From a virus, in the IMG/VR virus record IMGVR_UViG_3300016667_000284, positions 1-47,081 of that record: a stretch of DNA of 47,081 nt; one strand, 5' to 3'. Each line of letters begins with the position of its first letter. Within the stretch, counting starts at the first letter, position 1. Both the position numbers and the translations under genes were made by a program. The notes beneath the pieces are model-generated. The model saw nothing but the letters and a program-made list of their open reading frames with translations, did not search any database and was not told where the DNA came from. This document shows, piece by piece, positions 1-8,231 of the stretch.

Positions 1-22
1 GGATGCTTCAGGAGGGTGTGCC
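1..22. repeat. terminal overlap, identical to 47060..47081
   Basis: GGATGCTTCAGGAGGGTGTGCC occurs at both window ends, inside the integrase reading frame. Confidence 0.95.
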
Positions 23-149
23 GATTGAGCAGGTTGCAGCAATCCTGGGGGACACGATTGCCACGGTCGAGCGGGTCTATGGGCACCACTGCAAGGACCG
101 CCTGCTGGCGGCTGCGAACACGATCAGGCTGGGGAGGCGCGCAGCGTAA
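1..149 (+). CDS. int: tyrosine integrase, C-terminal ~48 codons (continues 46114..47081 across the junction)
   Basis: Frame from nt 3 reads MLQEGVPIEQVAAILGDTIATVERVYGHHCKDRLLAAANTIRLGRRAA, stop TAA 147-149. Catalytic-Tyr box ERVYGHH. Confidence 0.85.
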   Translation, partial: MLQEGVPIEQVAAILGDTIATVERVYGHHCKDRLLAAANTIRLGRRAA

Positions 150-301
150 CGCGGATCGCGGCGTTGATAATGTCGACCACAGTCATCAACAGTCTGGCAT
201 AGGCCATTGATCGGGCATGTTGGTTGTTGAGCCACCAACGACCAACACTACGTTGACATAGTTGTGCGAGGGCGTCGTCCCCGCACAACTATCTGGAGAG
301 T

Positions 302-377
302 GGGCGGTTAGCTCAGTTGGTAGAGCACCAGCTCGACACGCTGGTTGTCGGGGGTTCGAGACCCTCACCGCCCACCA
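302..377 (+). tRNA. tRNA-Val(GAC)-like with encoded CCA; anticodon loop UCGACAC (C at position 33)
   Basis: Cloverleaf by hand: acceptor GGGCGGT/ACCGCCC, D arm GCTC-AGTTGGTA-GAGC, anticodon stem CCAGC/GCTGG, variable TTGTC, T arm GGGGG-TTCGAGA-CCCTC, A73, CCA 375-377. Confidence 0.8.
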
Positions 378-388
378 CCATCAGTAGA

Positions 389-426
389 TTGGCCGCCGAC
401 CGACAATGAGAACGGAAGGCGGCCAA
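389..426. terminator. 9-bp GC-rich inverted repeat (TTGGCCGCC/GGCGGCCAA) between the tRNA and the convergent lysis operon
   Basis: Perfect 9-bp stem, but a 20-nt loop and no clear U-run on either strand. Confidence 0.3.
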
Positions 427-455
427 CTTCTGAGATCGCAGCGTAACGATCAGCG

Positions 456-680
456 TTATCGCTGTCCACCGGGGCAATCATGCTCGCAGACGCAGACGTA
501 CCGCGAGTTGTGATCTTCCACCGCCTTCACCGTCTCCGGTGTGTCGCGCTGGCCGTCGTACTCGATGGGCTTCGCGATGCGGCAGTAGTCACTGACTACG
601 GCGGGAGCGGTCGAACCGACTACGCAGGCGCTCGTCGCGAACAGGATCGGGAGTGGCAACAGCCTGGTTGGCAGCTTCAA
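456..680 (-). CDS. o-spanin candidate (small outer-membrane lipoprotein, Rz1-like)
   Basis: TTG start with GGAG 8 nt upstream. Signal peptide KLPTRLLPLPILFATSAC with a lipobox-like TSAC. Starts inside the 3' half of the upstream ORF in another frame. Last gene of the lysis cassette. Confidence 0.55.
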   Translation of the reverse strand: MKLPTRLLPLPILFATSACVVGSTAPAVVSDYCRIAKPIEYDGQRDTPETVKAVEDHNSRYVCVCEHDCPGGQR

Positions 681-810
681 CGCGCTTCTCCACTTCCTTG
701 GCGTCCGCCGCAGCCTGTTCTGCCTTGCCGGCGTTGATGGACTGCTGGTTGGCGAACCAGAGCCCGATCTTGTCGAGCAGGGAGAACAGGCTGCGGAGCA
801 GGCCGATCAT
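589..810 (-). CDS. i-spanin-like protein (Rz-like position; weak N-terminal hydrophobic segment)
   Basis: 73 aa with a charged coiled-coil-like centre. 92-nt overlap with the lipoprotein ORF. TGATG overlap with the holin-like ORF. Confidence 0.4.
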   Translation of the reverse strand: MIGLLRSLFSLLDKIGLWFANQQSINAGKAEQAAADAKEVEKRVEAANQAVATPDPVRDERLRSRFDRSRRSQ

Positions 811-974
811 CAGATCTTGCCTTCCTTCTTCAGCACTGCGAGCAGGCCGAAGGCGGCGGCAAGAAGGCCGCTGATCGCGCCGTAGAGCGGCGCCGAGATA
901 CCGACCGAGAGGGCGAGGCCCGAGAAGCCGGCGTAGGTCGACGGCTCATTGAGGCGGCTGATAATCCAATCCAT
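810..974 (-). CDS. holin-like small membrane protein (54 aa, two hydrophobic segments)
   Basis: MDWIISRLNEPSTYAGFSGLALSVGISAPLYGAISGLLAAAFGLLAVLKKEGKI. Below the ORF-track length cutoff. Lies between the endolysin and the spanin candidates. Confidence 0.5.
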   Translation of the reverse strand: MDWIISRLNEPSTYAGFSGLALSVGISAPLYGAISGLLAAAFGLLAVLKKEGKI

Positions 975-986
975 CTTTCGTCTCCT

Positions 987-1370
987 TCAGGGATATTGCT
1001 TCCAGGGAAGCTGGAAATGGGGGCCATCCTTGAACGTGCGCCAGTCTCCGCCCCATTCGATCGGCACAGACACATCCTTGGCCGCCTGCTTCACAGCGGC
1101 GGCGATCTTGGCGTAGAGCGGCCAGTCCCACCGAACAGTGCCGCCAACGTAGGCTCCGAGGTCGACGGCGTGGCCGGTCAGGTGCCGCGACTTCATCGTG
1201 CGCGTCGCGCCCGCCTTCATCAGTTCCTGCTGCCGCGCCATGGAGCGCAGGCCCTCCAGCACCGTGAAGTCGACATCGGTGATGGCGATGGCACGCTGCA
1301 CGACCTTCACGAGATCGGGGTGGACGCCTTTCAGGCGGTCGAGTGAACGCTGACCTAGTACGAACGCCAT
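987..1370 (-). CDS. endolysin, peptidase M15 (VanY / L-alanyl-D-glutamate peptidase-like)
   Basis: Zn-ligand pattern SRHLTGHAVDL ... DGPHFQL. 127 aa. Heads the lysis cassette. Confidence 0.85.
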   Translation of the reverse strand: MAFVLGQRSLDRLKGVHPDLVKVVQRAIAITDVDFTVLEGLRSMARQQELMKAGATRTMKSRHLTGHAVDLGAYVGGTVRWDWPLYAKIAAAVKQAAKDVSVPIEWGGDWRTFKDGPHFQLPWKQYP

Positions 1371-1486
1371 AGTTGGCTCCTGTCTTTCGGCTACACCTAC
1401 ACTATCGACGCCGCCGGCTCAACGGGCGGGACAACCGGAACCAGCGGCGTCGCCAGCACAACCACGGAGCCGTGTGGCGCGCTGGA

Positions 1487-1672
1487 TCACTTAGACTTCA
1501 TGGCCGCAACCATCTTGGCTTCAGCCGCGACTTCTTCAGGGCTCTCGTCGCCCTCGACCTTGGCGTCCTTCTCGCCGGCAGGTTCCTTGTGCGGAGGCTT
1601 CTTGCCCTTGGCCGCCTTCTTCAGGTGGGCCTTCATGTCCTCAAAGCGCGACTTTCGATCATTCTTGTTCAT
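1487..1672 (-). CDS. small Lys/Glu-rich hypothetical protein (61 aa)
   Basis: Internal ATG (MNKNDRKSRFEDMK...) of track ORF 1487..1765. Overlaps the upstream stop by 14 nt. Confidence 0.3.
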   Translation of the reverse strand: MNKNDRKSRFEDMKAHLKKAAKGKKPPHKEPAGEKDAKVEGDESPEEVAAEAKMVAAMKSK

Positions 1673-4574
1673 CGGTGTCTTCCTTCCGTTCACCCGGCGA
1701 CATCCCGCCACGGGCGCCGCCGAAGGCGGCTGCGCGGAGCGAGTTGCGGAATGCTTCTTCCTCACCCTGGGGAACCTTGCGCATCAGCTCGGCGGCGAAC
1801 TTGGGCTCAAGGATCGCCTTGGCGAGAAGCTGGTCGACGCGCTTCTGGTTGTTGAAGGCGTCAATCGCAAGGTCAGCGCCGCGGATCGAGCGAATGCGCG
1901 CGAACAGAACACCGGCGATGTTGGTGAGCGTGCGCGCATCGCGCGCGGTGTTGCTCCCCGGCACGCGGTTCGCCGTCTCCGCGGCGCGCGCGCCCTGCAC
2001 TTCGGTCATGATCGCCTTGAGTACCTGGCGCTGCTTGTCGTCGAACAGGCCGCTCTTGGCGTCGGCGTCCATGATCATTTCCATGGCCTTCAGCGTGTTT
2101 CCGGAGGACACGCTGCGCTCAAGGCCGGGAACCGCCACACCCGAGTTGGTGGACGACCGCTCAAGGAACGTGCCGACGGCACGGCGCAGGCCAGCCTTGG
2201 CTGCGTCGTTGCCTGACACGGCCTTGACCAGCATCCCGAACTGCTTGGCGTTGTCGCCACTGCGCAGCAGCCCCGCCACCTGCTTCTCGACATCCACGCC
2301 GGGGTCGGCCAGCTTGCCGAACGGCGTCTTGCGGAAGGCTTCGGCCAGCGCCGTCTTGCCCTCCGCCTCAGCCACGTCGTTGGCTATCTCGGGGTACTGG
2401 CGCAGCACGGGATCGAAGTCCCGCTTCAGGCGCTGGATGCCCGACAGACCTTTGGCAGCTTCCACCTGTCGACGCATTTCCTCGCGCGCCATGACGAGAG
2501 CTTTGTCCTTACCGACGGCACGCTCAAGCTGCTGCACCGCTTCGACGCCAGTGCGACCCTTGGGGATCAGGACTTCAGGAACCTTCCCAGCGGGCATGGA
2601 ATACTGCCCCGCGCTGTCGTAGCGCCCCTTGTTGAGAACGGCCCCCACCGGCCCTTTCTCATAAACGTCGCCCTGCTCCTTGCGCGCTGCCTTAGCCGCA
2701 GTCAGCGCTTCGCGCTGCTCGGGCGGGAGCGCGCTGTCAGCAAAGTCGTTGATCTGCTGGCGCACCTTTTCGGCAAACGATGCTTCAGCGTTCCGACCAG
2801 CGACGCGCGCACTACCAGCAAAGTCAGCCAGCCGACGGTCAAGGTTCTGGAGGCCGACATTGCTGACGCCGATGCGGCCGCTGTCTTCCGGTAGTTGCAC
2901 CGGCGCATTGGCGCCGAATGCATCGTCCACCGACTTGGGCGTGATCTTGATGCTGCCGAAGTCGGCAGGGCCACCCTGATACCCCATGATCTGATCGTAA
3001 AGGTCATCGAATGTACCACTCTTGCTGGCATTCGCCAGCATGGAGCGCCGAGCCTTGTTGATGTCGGTCGAGATGAACTGCCCCTGTGGTGTGTCGATGA
3101 CGAACGCACGTTCATTGGGGCCGAACAGGGGGAGATTGTGGTCCAGGGCGCGCTGAACGGCCTCCGACGTGTTGGCACCGGAAATGTCATTCAAGATGGA
3201 CCGGATCTCAGGCGGAGGCGAACCGCCCATCTCGCCATAGTACTGATTGATCGTGGCCTCGATCTGCTTCATGAACTCGTCGCTCGACGATACGATGTTC
3301 GTCTGCGTCAGGCGCGGATCCTGATACGCCGCGCTTGTGGCGGCCTTCGCCCCACCGTACCCACTCTCCAGCGCTTCGCGCGCGGCGATGCCGGAAGTCT
3401 CAGGGTTGGCGGCAGGGCCGACGTTCTCGATCGCGCGCGATGCTGCCTGCTGCGCAGCCAGATCCTGCGCTTGTGCAAGCGACTGCACGGCGCCGGGATC
3501 GCCGGGGCCAATGGCATCCGACGCAGCAGAGACGCGCTGCGCGTTGTTCGACAGTACGCGGTCATTGATCTGCGCGCCAACCTTGTTGTGCGAGATCATC
3601 GAGCGCTGCGTCCCGGCGAGGCCGGGATCGAGCGTGACTTCAGCCAGTGTCGGCTGCGCTCCGCTCGCCGTGCTTTCGGGCATGGCGTCGATGCGCGACA
3701 GCGCTTCATCCCTGTTCAGCACATTGTCTAGCAGGGTCGCACCGGCGCGTTTCTCTGCGCCGGAACTGGTGAACATGTCGCCCAGCTTGCGGCCGACGTA
3801 TCCGCCAGCGCCGCCTGCCGCGAAGGGGAGCGCGCCCGCACTCACGCCTGCGATCATCTGTGCGACAGGCCCGCCACCCATGTCCTTGACCGTCTCCGCC
3901 GCAGTGCTGCCGGTGACAGCGCCTGCCACCTGCTTGCTCATGCTGTCAGTCAGAACTTCGCCGACGCGGCGGGCGACAGGGCCTGAGGCAGACTTCAGCG
4001 CATTCCCGGCAATGCCGCCAGTAAAGACGCCACCCAATGCTTCCGCGATAGCCCCAGCGTACTGCCCAGCCCGGTTACTGTCCGGCTCATGCGGACGAAT
4101 GCGTTCAACCAGGCCACCGATAGTGACCGGGTGGCTCAAGGCATCGGCATACTTCTCCGCGCCGGGGATCATCCTGATCGGAGAGGAAAGGGCGAGCCCC
4201 ATGGCCTCAGTGCCCATGTCGAACAGCGGGGAGACGCCCTGCACACCCCTCGCAAGGATGTTGGTCGTAGCATCGCCCAACTGGCTCCAGAAGCCCGGCT
4301 GGTCCATGCCGCGCGCCTGCTCGTCGAACTGGCCAGTCGCACCAAGCGCATCCTGCGCGCGCGCCACGGGGCGGCCGGAGAGGTAGTTGTTGATTTCCTC
4401 GTCGGTGTAGCCTGATGCCTTCGCCGCGTTGCGGTCGAACGACGTGTCAGGGATGGCAGGCGCCGTCGGGACCGCCTGCACCGCTTGACCCTTCTCCCCC
4501 GCGGCATTGAGATATTCGTCGATCTCCTGATCGGAGTAGCCGGCCGCCTTGGCTGCTGCACGGTCGAAAGGCAT
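1659..4574 (-). CDS. large internal virion / DNA-ejection protein (T7 gp16-like position)
   Basis: 971 aa, last and largest gene of the virion block. N-terminal tandem FDRxAAKAxGY[ST]DxEIxxYL repeats. Ala/Gly-rich. Confidence 0.6.
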   Translation of the reverse strand: MPFDRAAAKAAGYSDQEIDEYLNAAGEKGQAVQAVPTAPAIPDTSFDRNAAKASGYTDEEINNYLSGRPVARAQDALGATGQFDEQARGMDQPGFWSQLGDATTNILARGVQGVSPLFDMGTEAMGLALSSPIRMIPGAEKYADALSHPVTIGGLVERIRPHEPDSNRAGQYAGAIAEALGGVFTGGIAGNALKSASGPVARRVGEVLTDSMSKQVAGAVTGSTAAETVKDMGGGPVAQMIAGVSAGALPFAAGGAGGYVGRKLGDMFTSSGAEKRAGATLLDNVLNRDEALSRIDAMPESTASGAQPTLAEVTLDPGLAGTQRSMISHNKVGAQINDRVLSNNAQRVSAASDAIGPGDPGAVQSLAQAQDLAAQQAASRAIENVGPAANPETSGIAAREALESGYGGAKAATSAAYQDPRLTQTNIVSSSDEFMKQIEATINQYYGEMGGSPPPEIRSILNDISGANTSEAVQRALDHNLPLFGPNERAFVIDTPQGQFISTDINKARRSMLANASKSGTFDDLYDQIMGYQGGPADFGSIKITPKSVDDAFGANAPVQLPEDSGRIGVSNVGLQNLDRRLADFAGSARVAGRNAEASFAEKVRQQINDFADSALPPEQREALTAAKAARKEQGDVYEKGPVGAVLNKGRYDSAGQYSMPAGKVPEVLIPKGRTGVEAVQQLERAVGKDKALVMAREEMRRQVEAAKGLSGIQRLKRDFDPVLRQYPEIANDVAEAEGKTALAEAFRKTPFGKLADPGVDVEKQVAGLLRSGDNAKQFGMLVKAVSGNDAAKAGLRRAVGTFLERSSTNSGVAVPGLERSVSSGNTLKAMEMIMDADAKSGLFDDKQRQVLKAIMTEVQGARAAETANRVPGSNTARDARTLTNIAGVLFARIRSIRGADLAIDAFNNQKRVDQLLAKAILEPKFAAELMRKVPQGEEEAFRNSLRAAAFGGARGGMSPGERKEDTDEQE

Positions 4575-4583
4575 GGCGGCTCC

Positions 4584-6233
4584 TTACGGCTTTCGGAATG
4601 AGGACAGCGGCGGGCGCACCGCGCCGGGATTGGTGAAGCGCGAGTAGTCGATGTCGGCCAGCCCGTTGTCAGCGCGGATCTGCGCTACCTGCTGCTGGCG
4701 CAGCGCGATCGCGCGACGGTTGATCTCCTGGATTTCCTTCAGGCGCTGCTTGACGACCTGCGGATCATTCAGGTTGGAGAACAGTTCGTTGAGCGCCCGC
4801 TTAGCGTCATCATTTGTCTGCACGCCAGCATTCAGGCGCAGCGTCTGGTTGCGGAGCGTCTCAATCTTGGCCTTGAAGCTCTGATAGTTGCGGCTGTTTT
4901 TGTTGCTGGCTCCAGCCCAATTTGCACCTTCACTGAGGATGTTCTCGACTGGTCCGAGGCGCAGCTCTCCCTTGTCAATCTGGCGCACGACATCACCGAT
5001 GATCGCGTCAATGCCCGCAGTGGCGCCTATGGTAGACAGGTGTTCATCCTGGATCTTTTGCGCACCGACAGGCAGCTTGCCACCGTTCGGACCAGCCGCC
5101 TTTGCGCCGTCCGTCTGGATCTTGGTCTGGTTGTCACGGATGTTGTTGGTGTTCGACTGCGCGTTATCGGCCGCATTGCGACGATCCTGCCCGGCCTGCG
5201 ACATGCCCTCGCGCTGCGTCTGGCCTGCCTGCTGAAGGTTTTCGCCAGCAATCGCCTTCGACAGGTCGCCGTACTGATCGAGCGCCATGTTGTTGAACTG
5301 GCCAGTGCGGTCTGCCGCGAAGTCCTTGCCCGGCTGTTGTCCGCCGGCAACGAGCGCCTGACGCATGTTCTGGTCGCCACCACCCATGGCAAGGATCGCC
5401 TGTACCAGCGGTGTGATCGCGCTCTCGCGATTACCTAGTGCCGCCGCGATCGCAAGCCCGGTCAGGGCGTTGCGGTCGACGATGTTGCCCTGCTCTTCCG
5501 GCGCGAGCGTGGGGGCGGAGACGGCAGCCGAGGGGGCTCCCATGCTCGGCGGAGCGGCCTGCGGCGCCGCTGCGGTTCCTCCTCCACGAAAGCCGAAGTG
5601 CCAATGACCGCCAGTAGCGTGCGGAGACGGGTTCTTGTACTCATCAATGGCCTCCGCGATCGGAACACCAGCGCCAGCCAATCTCTGACGCATCTGGTCG
5701 AACGTCATGCCGGGAACGGCACGCATGTCGATGGCTTGGCCGATGTTGTGGTAACTCTTGGGGTTGGCACGCCCGAGAGCGCTGGACGGATCACGCGCAC
5801 CACTCGTGATCACCGCGCCAGGGATCATGGAGCGCACAAGCGCGCTCACGGTGTCCGAGGTCATGGGACGCGCTGCTGGTGCCGCAGCATCTGGAGCAGA
5901 TGGAGCGGACACACCAGAGTACGACACACTCGGCATCGCAGGCGCCACAGGAACGGCAGCGGGCGCGGTGTTCGGCGTGGCGAACCGCTCGGGATGCATC
6001 ATGGCTTCCTGAAGCGAGGTCAGGCCGCTATTGGTCAGATCCTGCCCGGTCGTGCGCGAGCGGTCGTAGGCGGCGCTCGCCGCAAGTTGCTCCATCTGCG
6101 CGCGGCGCAGTTGCGCCTGCGCCTGGAGTTCGGGATCGCCGAACAAGGCAGTAGCGAGGCTGCTTCCGATCTGCCCCCACGCCGGATCGGTGGGGTATGG
6201 GCTGGCGGCGAAGGGGTTGTACGTGCGAGGCAT
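4584..6233 (-). CDS. internal virion protein with M15A-type (HxxxxxxD...HxH) zinc peptidase domain
   Basis: 549 aa. KSYHNIGQAIDM ... HATGGHWHFGF around residues 125-216. Position is upstream of the largest ejection protein. Confidence 0.6.
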   Translation of the reverse strand: MPRTYNPFAASPYPTDPAWGQIGSSLATALFGDPELQAQAQLRRAQMEQLAASAAYDRSRTTGQDLTNSGLTSLQEAMMHPERFATPNTAPAAVPVAPAMPSVSYSGVSAPSAPDAAAPAARPMTSDTVSALVRSMIPGAVITSGARDPSSALGRANPKSYHNIGQAIDMRAVPGMTFDQMRQRLAGAGVPIAEAIDEYKNPSPHATGGHWHFGFRGGGTAAAPQAAPPSMGAPSAAVSAPTLAPEEQGNIVDRNALTGLAIAAALGNRESAITPLVQAILAMGGGDQNMRQALVAGGQQPGKDFAADRTGQFNNMALDQYGDLSKAIAGENLQQAGQTQREGMSQAGQDRRNAADNAQSNTNNIRDNQTKIQTDGAKAAGPNGGKLPVGAQKIQDEHLSTIGATAGIDAIIGDVVRQIDKGELRLGPVENILSEGANWAGASNKNSRNYQSFKAKIETLRNQTLRLNAGVQTNDDAKRALNELFSNLNDPQVVKQRLKEIQEINRRAIALRQQQVAQIRADNGLADIDYSRFTNPGAVRPPLSSFRKP

Positions 6234-6922
6234 CAGACTACAGGGCCTCCCATTGCTCCAAGGCCGTTCATCATTCCGGCAGTCCCAGACCCGGCAGAGG
6301 TGGCGCCAACGCTTGCCCCACCACCTGCGCCGAAGGCGCCGCCGGACAGCGCGGCCATGCCGACCATCTGAGCAAGTCCTCCGAGGCCACGCAGGAAGCC
6401 GCCCTTGTACTGCGCAGCGTTGAGTTCTGCGTTGAGCGCAGCCGCAGAGTTCGCCTTGTCGGTGCCGATCATACCGATACCCTGTGCGTTACGGCCGAGC
6501 GCGATGTTGGTATCAAGCAACTGATCGCCGAAGCCAGTCATCCGCGCCAGCGCATCGGCTTGCTGGCCGCTGAAGGCATTCTGGCTTTCCTGTGCTTTAC
6601 TAGCCGCATCAGCCACCACCTTGGGCGCACTGTCCTGCCCTGGCAGATACCCGCTGTCCGACGGCCGTGCATTCAGAGCCGCCACGAAAGCGGCTTTGCG
6701 CTTGTCTGCTGCGGCATTCTCTGCGTTCGGGTCATTGAGCTTTCTCGCGCTATCGTAGGACTGATCGAGAAGTGCTTCCTGCTCGCGCGTCTTGGCCTTC
6801 TGCCGCCCCTGCTCGGCGGTGTACGCCGCCTGCGAGGCGTGCTTGGCCTGCTGGTTGCCGAAGTACTGTGCGACAGTACCGGCCGCCGCGAGGCCAAGGC
6901 CGATGGAAATGGGATCGCACAT
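6233..6922 (-). CDS. internal virion protein candidate (Gly/Ala-rich hydrophobic C-terminus)
   Basis: 229 aa, ATGA-type coupling on both sides, located in the virion block. Confidence 0.45.
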   Translation of the reverse strand: MCDPISIGLGLAAAGTVAQYFGNQQAKHASQAAYTAEQGRQKAKTREQEALLDQSYDSARKLNDPNAENAAADKRKAAFVAALNARPSDSGYLPGQDSAPKVVADAASKAQESQNAFSGQQADALARMTGFGDQLLDTNIALGRNAQGIGMIGTDKANSAAALNAELNAAQYKGGFLRGLGGLAQMVGMAALSGGAFGAGGGASVGATSAGSGTAGMMNGLGAMGGPVV

Positions 6923-7767
6923 CAGCCCACCACCTTTGCTGAGCCGCCGGAATTGGAGAATAGGCCCCCGCCACGCCCGCCGAAGAAGCCACCATAGTCG
7001 TTACGCGCGTTCGAACCGATGGCCGACAGGCCGGCGGTGAAGTTGGCGAAGAGATTGGACAGCGGAGAATAGGCGGTCTGTGGCTGGTTGAGCGCCTGAG
7101 CCTGCCGGATGGCAGCATTCGCCGCAGCCGTGTTATCACCCGTGGCATTGAGCTGCGTGATGATGTTGCTGCGGACGTTCTCCACGTTCTGCCGCGCCTG
7201 ATTGGCCGTGTCCTGCGCCTTGTTAGCGATGTCCAGTCGCGACTGATCGAACTCGTTGGTGAGTTCCTTGTTCTTGTCGATCGCAGCACTGGACTGGAGA
7301 ATGCCACTCCGGTCGAGAGCGTAGATCATGTTGTCCTTGGCCAGCTTATACGAGCGGTCAAGCTGCGGTGTGGCGTAGTCGGAATACGCCTTCGCCTGCT
7401 TCTGGTAGTACTCGTCACCAAAGCCGCCACGGCGCGTCTGTGTCGTGAACAGCTTTCCTTGGCGGATCAGATCTTCAGCAGTCTTGCGGTTCGCTAGCGG
7501 CCCTGCCAGCCGCGACAGGATCAGGTCGATACCCTTGCCACTGCCATTGGCGGAAGGAGTCATCCCGAAGACGCTGCCATCGGACAGGTAATAGGTCTTG
7601 TTGGGGTCGTAACTCGTGGCGACGCCAGTAGCGCCAGTCACGGTGCCGTCGAAGATGGAGTTGATGCTCTCCATCCCGGCCTTGATGCGCGCTTGGCGCG
7701 CAACTTCGTCCGCACGCTGCTGTTTAGCGATCTCGCCTGCGCCGCCGTCCCCACCCCCGAAGCACAT
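6922..7767 (-). CDS. virion protein candidate (gp14-like position)
   Basis: ATG 7767 overlaps the upstream TAA (TAATG). 281 aa starting MCFGGGDGG. The track start at 7782 is a TTG. Confidence 0.45.
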   Translation of the reverse strand: MCFGGGDGGAGEIAKQQRADEVARQARIKAGMESINSIFDGTVTGATGVATSYDPNKTYYLSDGSVFGMTPSANGSGKGIDLILSRLAGPLANRKTAEDLIRQGKLFTTQTRRGGFGDEYYQKQAKAYSDYATPQLDRSYKLAKDNMIYALDRSGILQSSAAIDKNKELTNEFDQSRLDIANKAQDTANQARQNVENVRSNIITQLNATGDNTAAANAAIRQAQALNQPQTAYSPLSNLFANFTAGLSAIGSNARNDYGGFFGGRGGGLFSNSGGSAKVVG

Positions 7768-8231
7768 TACGGCTTCTCCCAAGTGTAGACGTGAAAATCC
7801 TCGCCCTCACGGCCATAAGCGCGGAGCGTGGTCTCGCGCTTCGCCCCGATGGTTTCAAGCCAGCGCTGTGCTTCCACATGGCCCTCCATGGAACGGCATT
7901 CGAGACGGTGCGCGCCACCGTCCCATAGCATCGGGACAATATAGCGGATGATGAGTTTTGTCACCCCCAATCCGATTTTGGGGAGACTGTCGGTCGCAAA
8001 GAACCACATTGACCACACGCCCGGCCACATGGGCGCGCAGCCGAACACAGCTACCGGCTCAAGCTGGTGGTATGCCACCCATGACACCGGACCGGTGTTG
8101 ATCACCGCCTCGTGAAGCTGCTCTTCCTCCATGCCGTAGAACTTGGTGGCGAAGATCTCCCTCCGGTCCCATTCGCGCATGTTGGAAATGACATGCCTGA
8201 CAGGCGCATCTTGTAACCCGGTGAGCCGCAT
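7767..8231 (-). CDS. GNAT-fold-like small protein (T7 gp13 / internal virion protein A-like position)
   Basis: 154 aa. C-terminal LECRSMEGHVEAQRWLETIGAKRE resembles an acetyltransferase-fold motif. Sits between the nozzle candidate and the ejection proteins. Confidence 0.4.
   Translation of the reverse strand: MRLTGLQDAPVRHVISNMREWDRREIFATKFYGMEEEQLHEAVINTGPVSWVAYHQLEPVAVFGCAPMWPGVWSMWFFATDSLPKIGLGVTKLIIRYIVPMLWDGGAHRLECRSMEGHVEAQRWLETIGAKRETTLRAYGREGEDFHVYTWEKP

Noticed and set aside
1-22. Terminal 22-bp repeats as attL/attR or as physical direct terminal repeats of a T7-like genome.
   Set aside because: The repeat lies inside the integrase coding sequence and restores its reading frame exactly when merged. 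That indicates a circular-assembly overlap rather than att sites or virion ends.
16-210. 64-aa plus-strand ORF at the window start, and the 186-368 minus-strand ORF across the tRNA.
   Set aside because: The first is out of frame with the clearly continuing integrase frame. The second is a translation of the tRNA gene's complement.
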